Source of the DNA: an uncultured Lentimicrobiaceae bacterium
GTDB lineage: Bacteria > Bacteroidota > Bacteroidia > Bacteroidales > JAGNHN01
Length of the DNA: 64,000 nucleotides
NCBI GenBank assembly: GCA_964590645.1
Contig: CAZPYJ010000003.1
Location: 32,349 to 96,348, forward strand
Direction: 5' to 3'
In this document: positions 46,570 through 56,409 of the stretch, piece after piece
How positions within the stretch are numbered: the first letter of the stretch is position 1
Layout of the letters: each line of letters begins with the position of its first letter
Notes under the pieces: model-generated
Told to the model about the DNA's origin: nothing
Seen by the model: the letters and a program-made list of their open reading frames with translations, nothing else
Database searches by the model: none
Made by a program: the position numbers and the translations under genes

Positions 46570-47313
46570 GTGGAAGAGAGTATATCCAGCATAGCCATTG
46601 ACATTGGCAATACCCGTGCCCGGGCTGTCCGCTTTGAAGGCCGGGTTATCCGGCAACGCTGGGAACTGGATCAGGCAAACATTCCGGCGGTTTTTCCCTG
46701 GGAAGCGCAATGGGGTGAGCTCCCTGGTATTCTGGCCTCGGTCAGACATCCTGAAGACCCCCTGGTTCAGGCCCTGATGCAATCCCCCGGGATGCGTTCG
46801 CTGAGCAGCCATACTCCCCTGCCCTTCACCATAGACTACCTTACACGGGAAAGCCTGGGGGCTGATCGGATTGCTCTTGCGGCCGGAGGAATCAGCCTTT
46901 TCCCGGATAGCGATCTGCTGATCATAGACGCGGGCAGCTGCATCACAGCTGATCTGGTGCTGGGCGGAAATACGTATTGTGGTGGCAGCATTTCTCCGGG
47001 CATTCTGATGCGCCTGAAAGCAATGCACCATTTCACGGGGCGCCTTCCCTTCATCGCCTTTGATCATCAAGCGCCTTACCCCGGGAAAAGCACAGAAGAA
47101 AGCTTGTTGTGCGGCGCCGCCGAAGGGGCTTTGCTGGAATTACAGGAACGCATCAACCGGCTGAAACAACAATACCCCGGGCTGAAAGTTATCCTCGCCG
47201 GCGGAGACACCCATTATTTTGCTGAGAATCTAAAAAATACCATTTTTGCAAGCCCTGATCTCGTCCTGCTGGGCTTACGGTCTATCCTGTATTATGATAT
47301 TGAAGAAAAGTAA
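46570..47313 (+). CDS. coaX: Type III pantothenate kinase
   Basis: IAIDIGNTRARAV (ASKHA phosphate-1 motif), IDAGSCIT and AGGD. GTG start. Confidence 0.85.
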   Translation: MEESISSIAIDIGNTRARAVRFEGRVIRQRWELDQANIPAVFPWEAQWGELPGILASVRHPEDPLVQALMQSPGMRSLSSHTPLPFTIDYLTRESLGADRIALAAGGISLFPDSDLLIIDAGSCITADLVLGGNTYCGGSISPGILMRLKAMHHFTGRLPFIAFDHQAPYPGKSTEESLLCGAAEGALLELQERINRLKQQYPGLKVILAGGDTHYFAENLKNTIFASPDLVLLGLRSILYYDIEEK

Positions 47314-48580
47314 ACGCATTCTAAGCATCCTGCTCATCCTGGCTCTGGCCATCCCGATGCTCCCTGCCCAGGTCAGGCCCGGATCACCTTATTCCCGCTT
47401 CGGAATCGGCGACCTTCATCGCCTCAGCAATGCCCGCAACCTTTCAATGGGCGGAGTGAGTATTGCTCTCCGGGACAAGGGCGGGATCAACTACAGCAAC
47501 CCTGCCTCCTATACTGCCTTCGACTCACTCTCTTTTATTTTTGAAGGGGGGATGATCAACCATTACGCCTCAACCCGAACCAATGAACTGCAAGCTACCA
47601 ATAACTACATCAGCCTTGGGTACCTCCTCTTTGGGTTTCCCGTGACCGAATGGTGGCGGGCCAGTTTTGGGCTGCTCCCTTTCAGCGATGTGGGATACAA
47701 CATCATCGACCAGGAAAACCATCCTCAGGCCGGATCGGTAGATTACCTCTTTAAAGGTCAGGGGGGAATCAATCAGATGTATTTTGGAAGCGGATTCCGC
47801 CTCCACCCAAAGCTTTCAGCAGGCATTAATGTGGCTTACCTTTTTGGTACCCTTGAAAAAAGCCGCGCTGCCTACTTTGCCGATACCAGCTTCAGTCAAA
47901 ACCTGCGCATTGCCAACCGCACCCATTACGGAGACCTGCTTCCTTCCTTCGGACTGCAATTCCACGAGGAATGGAAGAATGATCACTATTTTACAGCCGG
48001 AATGACATACGGACCACAAACGGCACTGAAGGTCAGTGCCGATCAAATTGCCGAAACCTTTACTACCGGTTCCTCCGGACTGGAGTTTATCAAGGATACC
48101 GTCTCCAACCTCAGCGGACAAAAAGGCAAGGTCGTTTTTCCGGCAGGCTTCGGCAGCGGGCTGACTTATGGGAAAAAAGGCCGCTGGGAAGTATCGGCGG
48201 AATTCAGGATGCAAAACTGGGAAGCCTACCGTTACTTTGATATCCGCGACTCTCTGAAAAACAGCTTTCAGCTCGCCACCGGATTCTTCATCATCCCCGA
48301 TCCCGGCAGTATCTCCAGCTACTGGGAAAGGCTGACCTACCGGGCCGGTATACGGTACGGCTCAAGCTATCTGCAGCTTCGGGATAAACAGATATCGGAA
48401 ATTGGCATAAGTTTTGGGATGGGATTACCCCTCAGGCGTAGCCAATCAATGCTCAATCTGGGTGTGGAATACGGACGCAGGGGTACCCTGGCTTCCGATC
48501 TGATCCAGGAGAACTTTTTCAGGGTAGTCATCGGTGTATCGGTCTACGAGCGTTGGTTCCAGCAACGCCGCTATGAATAA
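47294..48580 (+). CDS. Uncharacterised outer-membrane beta-barrel protein
   Basis: Signal peptide MILKKSKRILSILLILALAIPMLPAQ, mature N-terminus SPYSRFGIGDL, alternating beta-strand-like pattern throughout, and an aromatic-rich C-terminus. Confidence 0.6.
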   Translation: MILKKSKRILSILLILALAIPMLPAQVRPGSPYSRFGIGDLHRLSNARNLSMGGVSIALRDKGGINYSNPASYTAFDSLSFIFEGGMINHYASTRTNELQATNNYISLGYLLFGFPVTEWWRASFGLLPFSDVGYNIIDQENHPQAGSVDYLFKGQGGINQMYFGSGFRLHPKLSAGINVAYLFGTLEKSRAAYFADTSFSQNLRIANRTHYGDLLPSFGLQFHEEWKNDHYFTAGMTYGPQTALKVSADQIAETFTTGSSGLEFIKDTVSNLSGQKGKVVFPAGFGSGLTYGKKGRWEVSAEFRMQNWEAYRYFDIRDSLKNSFQLATGFFIIPDPGSISSYWERLTYRAGIRYGSSYLQLRDKQISEIGISFGMGLPLRRSQSMLNLGVEYGRRGTLASDLIQENFFRVVIGVSVYERWFQQRRYE

Positions 48581-48598
48581 ATCAAACACTGGAGTAAG

Positions 48599-49966
48599 AT
48601 GAAAAAAGCAGCTTTAGTCGTCATTGCCGCCCTCTGGATAGGATTTAGTCTCAGCGCCCTTGATGTGACTTCAGAGCCGGTCAATCCCGACTCTCTCAGA
48701 CAGGGCCCCAAATATGGGGAAGACAGCGCCACCTGCGTAGTCAACATCTCTCTCTACCGGGAGTTTTTTAAGCAATGGAGGAATTCAGGATATAAAGCCA
48801 ATCGTGCGGCAGATGATGCCATACGTCCCTGGAGATGGGTATTCCTGCACTGCCCAATGGGCACCCAGAACACCTATATCGATGGCCCGAAACTGGTCGA
48901 GTACCTGATCAGAAAAGAAGAGGATGAAGCCAAAAAGGAAAGCTTGATTGACACCCTTTTTATGATTTATGACCAACGCATCCTCTATTTCGATAAAGAA
49001 GGCTTTGTGCTGGGCCGCAAAGGTGTGGATATGTATACCTACCGTCCTGCAGCCTATCAGGACATTTACCAGACCCTGAAAAGATCCGTTGAGCTGGAAG
49101 GCAATCGCTCGGCATCGGCCGTATTGGTATACTATTTCAGGTCTGCGCTTGAAATGCTCAGCAACGAGCAAATCGAAATGACCGAAGTATTGGAGGCCTA
49201 CGAAACCATCGAAGCCATCTGTGAACATAATATTCAGGCAGGAGGAAAGGGAGCAGAAAATTACAGCAATGCCTGGGCAAATATTGAACTTACGGCCGAA
49301 TCGGTCTTCTCTTGCGAGGACCTGATCCAAAGCCTGGGGAAAAAATTCACCCTCAGCCCGAAGGATCCTGTACTGCTCCGAAAGATCACCGGTATATTGG
49401 ATAAAAAGGCCTGCACCGACAGTGAACTATTCTTCAACGCCAGCGTCAACCTCTACGATGTAGAGCCCAGCCCTGAATCTGCCTTTATGATTGGCAAAAT
49501 GTATTTCAGACGCACGGATTATGCCAGCGCTGCCCGCTATCTGCAGCAGGCTACATCAATGGAAGACAGCAACAGTGTTGCTGATGCTTACCTGCTGATG
49601 GCTACCTCTTTTCTGAGCCTCAAAGATTTCAGCAAAGGCCGGTCTGCAGCCCAAAACGCCAGCCGTTACCGGCCCACAGACGGACGCCCATACCTGCTGA
49701 TCGGAGATATGTATGCAGCCAGTGCCAGCGATTGTGGCGACAACAAACTCACAAAAAAAGTAGCCTTCTGGGCAGCCGTGGACAAATATTTGCGCGCCAG
49801 AGCCATTGACCCATCCGTTGAGTCGGAGGCCACTCAGAAAATCAACACCTATTCTGCCTACTTCCCGGTGATGGAGGATATCTTCTTTTACGGACTCCAG
49901 GAAGGCGAATCCTATACCGTTGGCTGCTGGATCAATGAAATCACTACGGTCAGGGCACTGCAGTAA
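48599..49966 (+). CDS. Secreted TPR-like repeat protein (paralog 1)
   Basis: Signal peptide and helical repeat composition. Clearly paralogous to 50070-51386, with shared blocks WRWVF.HCP, YF.KEGFVLGRKGVD and RPYLLIGDMYA.SA..CGDNKLT.KVA.WAAVDKY. Confidence 0.7.
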   Translation: MKKAALVVIAALWIGFSLSALDVTSEPVNPDSLRQGPKYGEDSATCVVNISLYREFFKQWRNSGYKANRAADDAIRPWRWVFLHCPMGTQNTYIDGPKLVEYLIRKEEDEAKKESLIDTLFMIYDQRILYFDKEGFVLGRKGVDMYTYRPAAYQDIYQTLKRSVELEGNRSASAVLVYYFRSALEMLSNEQIEMTEVLEAYETIEAICEHNIQAGGKGAENYSNAWANIELTAESVFSCEDLIQSLGKKFTLSPKDPVLLRKITGILDKKACTDSELFFNASVNLYDVEPSPESAFMIGKMYFRRTDYASAARYLQQATSMEDSNSVADAYLLMATSFLSLKDFSKGRSAAQNASRYRPTDGRPYLLIGDMYAASASDCGDNKLTKKVAFWAAVDKYLRARAIDPSVESEATQKINTYSAYFPVMEDIFFYGLQEGESYTVGCWINEITTVRALQ

Positions 49967-50069
49967 ATCCGCTATGGCAATGCAAGGATAAGAAAACCTT
50001 AAACTTACCAAGCCACTCCCAATTATTAGCAATGTTTATATTTGTGGGCAATCTCAAATGAACTGTACA

Positions 50070-51386
50070 ATGAAAATGAAGCACATACTGCTCCTGCTCG
50101 GCTTTTCCTTATTCTTCACCGCTGCACAGGCACAGCGCTTTGGTAAGGATAGCATCAGTTGCATCACTAACCTTTCTCTCTATATTGAAGATTATAAACT
50201 CTACAGAGAAGGAACCGGAAGCGATGCAAGTGTAGATAATATGATCCGGGCCTGGAGGTGGGTATTCAAACATTGCCCTGAAGCTACCGAAAACATCTAC
50301 ATCGATGGGGTGAATATTCTGGAGCTGATGATTGAACGGGCCGGCAACGATGCTGAAAAAGCCAGGTTAATCGATACCCTGTCTATGCTCTATGATCAGC
50401 GCATCCGCTATTTCGGGAAGGAAGGCTTTGTGCTGGGCCGCAAGGGTGTGGATCTTTACACCAAAGATCCGGGACGCTACGAAGAAGCATACAAAGCCCT
50501 GAAGAAATCGGTGAGCCTGGAAAAAAACAAATCTAACCCGGCCGTATTGGTCTATTACTTCCGTATCGCTGTGAAGATGCTGCGTTCCGACAAAATCACC
50601 AAAAGTGAGTTAGTGGATGCCTACGATGTGGTCAGTACAATCATCGACCATAACCTCAGGCAGGGAAGCAAAGCCTCTTTTGAAAATGCACAGCGCAATG
50701 TGGAGCTCACCTTCGAGCCTTACGCCAGTTGCGATGACCTGATCAGCATATATCAGGCGAAATTCAAAGCCGCACCCGGGGATGCAGAGAATCTGCGCAA
50801 AATCATCAGTATCCTGGAGAAGAAATCCTGCACCGACTCAGACCTCTTCTTTGAAGTGACCATCAAGCTCAACGAGATTGAACCCAGTCCGGAGTCCTCC
50901 TACCTGATTGGAAAAATGTTTATCCGGAGGGGCGATCAGGCCAGGGCTTTGCCTTATCTTGAAAAAGGCACGGCTATGACCGATCCGAATGATCTGGCCG
51001 ACTGCAACCTTTTGCTTGCCAATGCCCGCTTTCATTTTAAAAACTTCCCCCAGGCCCGTGCTGCAGCGCTGGAAGCCGCCCGCCTGCGCTCTAATGATGG
51101 AAGACCTTATCTGCTGATCGGAGATATGTACGCCTCCAGTGCTGAATCCTGCGGCGACAACAAACTGACCCGGAAAGTGGCCTACTGGGCGGCAGTGGAT
51201 AAATACACTAAAGCCAAATCCGTGGACAGCCGACTTGAACAGGAAGCAAACGAAAAGATCGCTACCTATTCCCGCTATTTCCCCCCTCTGGAAGACATTT
51301 TCTTCTATGAGTTGACCGAAGGCCAAAGCTATACCGTCGCTTGCTGGATCAATGAGACCACCACTGTCCGCGCAGTGAAGCAATAG
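50070..51386 (+). CDS. Secreted TPR-like repeat protein (paralog 2)
   Basis: See paralog 1. Signal peptide MKMKHILLLLGFSLFFTAAQAQ. Confidence 0.7.
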   Translation: MKMKHILLLLGFSLFFTAAQAQRFGKDSISCITNLSLYIEDYKLYREGTGSDASVDNMIRAWRWVFKHCPEATENIYIDGVNILELMIERAGNDAEKARLIDTLSMLYDQRIRYFGKEGFVLGRKGVDLYTKDPGRYEEAYKALKKSVSLEKNKSNPAVLVYYFRIAVKMLRSDKITKSELVDAYDVVSTIIDHNLRQGSKASFENAQRNVELTFEPYASCDDLISIYQAKFKAAPGDAENLRKIISILEKKSCTDSDLFFEVTIKLNEIEPSPESSYLIGKMFIRRGDQARALPYLEKGTAMTDPNDLADCNLLLANARFHFKNFPQARAAALEAARLRSNDGRPYLLIGDMYASSAESCGDNKLTRKVAYWAAVDKYTKAKSVDSRLEQEANEKIATYSRYFPPLEDIFFYELTEGQSYTVACWINETTTVRAVKQ

Positions 51387-51396
51387 TTTTATCCTT

Positions 51397-51966
51397 TTGA
51401 AAACCCGAGATCCCCTTCTGCTGCTCGTCAGTCCGATCATCGGAAGCATCCTTTTCTTCTCTTCCTGTGTGAACGATATGCAGGAAGTCAAGGCCTGGTT
51501 GCCCGACGACAGCCTCCCTGCCGAAATCACACACGACATTCAAATCTATTACAGCGACTCCGGCAGAATACAGGCAATGCTTCAAAGCCCGCAAATGATA
51601 CGATACGAAGACGAAGATCCCCGCACCGTCTTCCCGGATGGGATTTTTGTGGTTTTCTACGACCGGGCAAAACAGATTCGCTCCGACCTGAAGGCCAACC
51701 ACGCGATTTCCCGATCAGAAACCAATATTATGGAGGCTCGCGGTGATGTAGAGGTGAACAATTATGAAAAGCAGGAAAAGATCAATACAGAATATATGAT
51801 CTGGGATCAGAAAGCCCATACCATCTCCTCAGATGTTTTCGTAAAGATTACCACTCCGGATAAGATCCTTTATGGCGATGAGGGTTTTGAAGCCGATGAG
51901 TGGCTCAACAAATGGGTCATAAAAAAGCCCAGGGGTAGTTTTGAAATTGAAGATCTGGCGGAATAG
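51397..51966 (+). CDS. lptC: LptC-like LPS export periplasmic protein (lipoprotein-anchored)
   Basis: TTG start, lipobox FFSSC, and an OstA/LptC-like beta-jellyroll sequence (IQIYYSDSGRIQAMLQSPQMIRYED..., ARGDVEV). Conserved position before the CNNM and PpiD genes. Confidence 0.6.
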   Translation: MKTRDPLLLLVSPIIGSILFFSSCVNDMQEVKAWLPDDSLPAEITHDIQIYYSDSGRIQAMLQSPQMIRYEDEDPRTVFPDGIFVVFYDRAKQIRSDLKANHAISRSETNIMEARGDVEVNNYEKQEKINTEYMIWDQKAHTISSDVFVKITTPDKILYGDEGFEADEWLNKWVIKKPRGSFEIEDLAE

Positions 51967-51993
51967 TGTAAAAATGATTATCTTCCACAACCG

Positions 51994-53262
51994 ATGACTC
52001 TGCTTTTGCTCATCTTGCTTACCCTGCTGCTTTCTGCCTATTTCTCAGGCCTTGAGATTGCCTATATCAGTGCCAACAAGCTGAAAATAGAGGTAGACAA
52101 GAATCAGGGACGCTATCGCGCCCGCATTCTGGCCCTGCTTATCCGAAAACCTTCCCGTTTCCTGGGCGCCCTGATGCTCGGGAGCCAGCTATCTCTGGTC
52201 CTATTTGGCATCGCCCTGGCCCTCTTACTCAAAGACTACCTGCGTGCTGTGCTTCCTGCCCCCCTGCAGTCGGAGCTGATCATCATCAGCCTGCTTATCC
52301 TGATTGCAAGCTTGATAATCCTGATCACCAGCGAGATGATCCCGCGCGCCCTCTTCCGGATCAACCCTAACCGCATTCTCTCAATACTCGCTCTGCCAAC
52401 CATTGTTGTTTACTGGGTTTTTTACCCCATCATCCTTCTTTTTACCGGATTATCCACCTTTTTGCTCAAAACATTATTCCGGGTTCAGATCATTGGCGAG
52501 GGATATGGCTTTGGCGTGACCGACCTGGATGAATACATCCGTGAATTTTCCCTGGAAGAAGAAGACGGGCAGGAAGTTTCACAGGAAATGCAAATGTTCC
52601 AGAATGCCATCGATTTCCGAACTGTAAAAATCAGGGAATGTATGATCCCGCGCACGGAAATCGCAGCACTGGAGGAAAAGGATTCCCTGGAAAAACTGCG
52701 CGAGAAACTGGTCAGTACCGGATTTTCAAGAATTATGGTCTACCGTCAGTCCATCGACAACATTGTGGGTTATGCACACGCTTTTGATCTGTTCAAACAG
52801 CCGGAGAATATTGAAGAGATTTTGAAAACACCCCCTTTCTTTCCGGAAACGATGCCGGCAAGAGAGGCCCTGACCCAACTGATCAAGGCACACAGAAGCC
52901 TGGCAGTGGTCGTTGATGAATTTGGCGGCACTTCAGGCCTGGTGACAATGGAGGACCTGATGGAGGAAATCCTGGGAGATATTTCGGATGAATATGATGT
53001 GGAAGAACTGATTGAAAAAGAGCTGGCTGAAGGCGAGTACATTTTTTCCGGAAGACTTGAGATAGATTATCTCAATGAGACCTATGAGCTGGATATTCCT
53101 GAATCAGAGGAATATGAGACCCTGGCAGGCTATATACTGAAACAAAGCAATCATATTCCCGTGGCCGGGGAGGAGATCCTGGCCGACGGGCTTCACATCA
53201 CCATTACCCAGGCTACAGACACACGCATCGAGCAGGTGCACCTGCGCAGCAATCCAGCTTAA
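51994..53262 (+). CDS. CNNM/DUF21 + CBS pair + CorC_HlyC transporter-associated protein (hemolysin family, GldE-like)
   Basis: Four N-terminal TM segments (DUF21), a CBS-pair region (IMVYRQSIDNIVGY...AVVVDEFGGTSGLVTMEDLMEEI) and a C-terminal CorC/HlyC domain. Confidence 0.85.
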   Translation: MTLLLLILLTLLLSAYFSGLEIAYISANKLKIEVDKNQGRYRARILALLIRKPSRFLGALMLGSQLSLVLFGIALALLLKDYLRAVLPAPLQSELIIISLLILIASLIILITSEMIPRALFRINPNRILSILALPTIVVYWVFYPIILLFTGLSTFLLKTLFRVQIIGEGYGFGVTDLDEYIREFSLEEEDGQEVSQEMQMFQNAIDFRTVKIRECMIPRTEIAALEEKDSLEKLREKLVSTGFSRIMVYRQSIDNIVGYAHAFDLFKQPENIEEILKTPPFFPETMPAREALTQLIKAHRSLAVVVDEFGGTSGLVTMEDLMEEILGDISDEYDVEELIEKELAEGEYIFSGRLEIDYLNETYELDIPESEEYETLAGYILKQSNHIPVAGEEILADGLHITITQATDTRIEQVHLRSNPA

Positions 53263-53374
53263 AGCGGGCTGCCCGTCTCCGGCTTGCTCCTGAAAACCAG
53301 ACGGAATAATCAAAAAGATTTCTCCGGCTGAATATTCTTTATACCTTTGCCAACCTGAAAAAATCCGATAGAAA

Positions 53375-55489
53375 ATGGCGGTAATTGGACAGATACGGAA
53401 ACGCTCCGGCTTGTTGATCATCATTGTGGGAATAGCATTGGCTGCTTTTGTGTTGGGAGACTTCCTGCAGCCGCGCAGTGGAAGACGTTCTAATGACATT
53501 GGCGTCATCGCAGGCGAGAACATCCCCTATCCTCAGTTTGCCAAGGTGGCCGACGAACAAATGGAACTGCTCAGGCAGAATCAGAACAAGGACAGGCTTA
53601 CACCCGAAGAAATCTTTCAGACCCGCCTGCAAGCCTGGAACCAAATGATTGGTGAGGTTATCCTGGGCAATGAATACGAAGCACTGGGGCTGACAGTAAG
53701 CCCTGAAGAGCTCTTCGACCAGGTGCAGGGTACACAGCCTCACGCCTATATACTCCAGTATTTCCGCGACCCGGAAACCAATCAATACAACCCTGAATTG
53801 GTGCGGAACTATCTGCGAAACCTCGACAATATGGAACAGGAAGGCCGCGATCAGTGGTTGCTGCTTGAAAAGGCCATCAAAGAGGACCGGCTGACCCAGA
53901 AATACCGCAACCTGATGACCAAGGCTTTCTATATGCCGAAAGCGCTCCTGGCAAAGGATTATGAATGGAAAACAACCACCGCCACAGCCCGGGTGCTTGG
54001 CTTACGCTTTAACAGCATCCCCGATGAACAACTTAGCCTGACCGACGCTGATTATGAAGCGTATTACAACAAGCACAAGCATAAATATGAGCAGGAAGAA
54101 TCCCGGGATCTGGACTATGTCGTCTTTGATGTGCAACCTTCGGCAGAAGACATTGCAGCAGCAGAAACAGAGATTAATCAGATTTACCGTGAGTTTGGCG
54201 ATGTGGAAGAAATCGAAGCCTACGTTAATGCCAATTCTGATGAACGCTACGACAGCACTTTCAAGATGCAGGGCGAGCTGAGCTTTACCCTGGATACCTT
54301 AATGTTTCAATCAGAACCCGGTGCCCTGGCCGGCCCCTATTTTGAAAACGGAGAATACAAAGTCGCCCGGCTTATTGCTAAAGAAATGCGTCCCGACTCA
54401 ATGCGGGCCAGCCATATCCTTATCGCCTATCGCGGTGCTTTCCGTGCAGCAGAAAACGTAACGCGCAGCAAAACAGAGGCCGAAGCCCTGGCCGACAGCC
54501 TTAAAGCGGTAGTTCAGACCAATCCCGGAATGTTCGAAGCCCTGGCCCGGCAGTATTCGGAAGACGGGACAGCAATGGAGAATGGCGGTGACCTCGACTG
54601 GTTCGCCGACCAAACAATGGTAGGCCCCTTCAACCAGGCAGTACTGGAAGGAAATGTCGGCGACATCACCGAAGCGGAAACCCCATTCGGATACCACATT
54701 ATCCAGATTACCGGAAAAAAAGCGCCGGTGGAAAAAGTCAGGGTAGCCATAATAACCCGAACCCTGGAACCCAGTGCCAAGACGTATCAGGATGCCTATA
54801 CCCAGGCAAGCATCTTTGCTGGCGAAAACAATACCCTGGCGGCCTTCAACGCAGCCGTTGCAGAACAGGGGCTGAATAAACGCTCGGCAAACAATCTTAA
54901 GAAAATGGACAACCGCATTCCCGGTATCGACAATCCCAGGGCCATTATTCAGTGGGCTTTTATGGATGATACTAAACAAGGAATGGTCTCGCCCATTTTT
55001 GATGTGGATGGCAGCTACGTGGTTGCAGCCCTGAGAGAGCTGAAAGAGGATGGCATTCCCAGCCTGGCTCAACTTAAACCCACCATTGAGCCCCTGGTGA
55101 TGCGCGAAAAGAAAGGACAGATGTTGCTGGAACGTGTTAATGCCGTTCAGGGCGACCTGAATCAGATTGCAGCCGGTCTTGAGTCAAGGGTAGATACCGT
55201 ACAGAACATCTCATTTATGAGCGCCAACCTGCCGGGATTTGGTCCTGAACCCCGTCTGATTGGAAGCATCTTTGCCTCTGAACCGGGTCAGCAAAGTGAA
55301 GCCCACCAGGGCGAAAACGCGGTATACCTGTACGTGGTCGACCGCTTCAATCCTGCGCCGCCAAAAGAGGATTATACGGTTGAAAAACAACAGCTGGTCC
55401 GTACCTTTGAAAATAAGGTAAACCAACAGTATTTTGATGTGCTGCAGAAGCTGAACTCCATCAAAGATTACCGCCACCTGTATTTCTAA
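53375..55489 (+). CDS. PpiD/SurA-like membrane-anchored periplasmic peptidyl-prolyl isomerase chaperone
   Basis: N-terminal anchor LLIIIVGIALAAFVLG and a parvulin domain ASHILIAY...GGDLDWF...FGYHIIQITGK. Confidence 0.85.
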   Translation: MAVIGQIRKRSGLLIIIVGIALAAFVLGDFLQPRSGRRSNDIGVIAGENIPYPQFAKVADEQMELLRQNQNKDRLTPEEIFQTRLQAWNQMIGEVILGNEYEALGLTVSPEELFDQVQGTQPHAYILQYFRDPETNQYNPELVRNYLRNLDNMEQEGRDQWLLLEKAIKEDRLTQKYRNLMTKAFYMPKALLAKDYEWKTTTATARVLGLRFNSIPDEQLSLTDADYEAYYNKHKHKYEQEESRDLDYVVFDVQPSAEDIAAAETEINQIYREFGDVEEIEAYVNANSDERYDSTFKMQGELSFTLDTLMFQSEPGALAGPYFENGEYKVARLIAKEMRPDSMRASHILIAYRGAFRAAENVTRSKTEAEALADSLKAVVQTNPGMFEALARQYSEDGTAMENGGDLDWFADQTMVGPFNQAVLEGNVGDITEAETPFGYHIIQITGKKAPVEKVRVAIITRTLEPSAKTYQDAYTQASIFAGENNTLAAFNAAVAEQGLNKRSANNLKKMDNRIPGIDNPRAIIQWAFMDDTKQGMVSPIFDVDGSYVVAALRELKEDGIPSLAQLKPTIEPLVMREKKGQMLLERVNAVQGDLNQIAAGLESRVDTVQNISFMSANLPGFGPEPRLIGSIFASEPGQQSEAHQGENAVYLYVVDRFNPAPPKEDYTVEKQQLVRTFENKVNQQYFDVLQKLNSIKDYRHLYF

Positions 55490-55519
55490 AGCATCGCGGA
55501 TGGATGTGGGGCCAAAGGA

Positions 55520-56257
55520 TTAACCCGCTATGGCTATCCTTTGCAGGGTTTCGTAATTCCTGATTTCCACCGAATCTCCCTGCGACTCGATCAGCCCTTC
55601 GTCTTTGAATTCCTTGAGGATGCGAATAACACTTTCTTTGGAAAGGCCGGTCATTTCAGCCAGATCCTGACGGGAAAGGTTGAGGTGGAAAGGGTTGGCG
55701 TTATAAATTTCCTTCTGCAGATACAACAGCATTTCTGCCACCCTTCCAGGGACCTGCTTCTGGGTAAGGCTGATCAGCTTTTCATAACTGAGTATCTCGT
55801 GATGATTAATCTTCCGGATCAGTTCGTTCGCAAAGCCAATGTTGGTCCCTATCAGCTTTTGGAACAACTTCCCGTCCATATAGCAACAAGTACAATCCGA
55901 TACTGCCGTAACCGTATAATGGTTTCTCCCGTCTGTGTTCAGGCCCGGTCCCCAAAACATCTCAGGCGGTTTGGCAATCCGCAGGATGAGATTACGGTTG
56001 AAGAGTCCTTCAATATACAATTTGGCGAAGCCCGAAGTCAGTGTGATGATATGCGTATTGTCCGTCCCTTGTTTGATGATGGTCTCTCCGGAACGGTAAC
56101 TGACTTCATACCGGCTGCCATTCACCATCTCAAGCTCCTGCTCCGAAAGCTTACGGAACAAAGGGGACTGAATCTCACAGTCCTTGCAATTCTTGCATCT
56201 GAATGATTTATGAAACAGGGAACTCAATTTTTCAGCCTCGTTTTTAGTATTGAACAA
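55520..56257 (-). CDS. Crp/Fnr family transcriptional regulator with FNR-like cysteine cluster
   Basis: cNMP-binding-like beta-roll plus C-terminal HTH (LSRQDLAEMTGLSKESVIRILKEF). Cys at residues 21, 24, 27 (RCKNCKDCE) and 122, 124, 125 (DCTCC) by direct counting. Confidence 0.85.
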   Translation of the reverse strand: MFNTKNEAEKLSSLFHKSFRCKNCKDCEIQSPLFRKLSEQELEMVNGSRYEVSYRSGETIIKQGTDNTHIITLTSGFAKLYIEGLFNRNLILRIAKPPEMFWGPGLNTDGRNHYTVTAVSDCTCCYMDGKLFQKLIGTNIGFANELIRKINHHEILSYEKLISLTQKQVPGRVAEMLLYLQKEIYNANPFHLNLSRQDLAEMTGLSKESVIRILKEFKDEGLIESQGDSVEIRNYETLQRIAIAG

Positions 56258-56278
56258 ATATATAAAAACTTAGACGTA

Positions 56279-56292
56279 TTGATACAGGTCAA
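56279..56292. promoter_or_regulatory. FNR/CRP-type box TTGATacagGTCAA (one mismatch to TTGAT-N4-ATCAA)
   Basis: Read directly in the divergent intergenic region. It lies 22 nt from the regulator start codon and 118 nt before the ATG at 56410. Confidence 0.55.
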
Positions 56293-56409
56293 TTATTTTT
56301 TGATCTGTTTCGTATTTTTCTCTGCTTTATTCCCTAACAAGCAAACCGCTGTATATGAGGGAAGCGTCTTTCTTTGTACAGGGATTAACAAAAGAGAGAA
56401 AGAAATACG

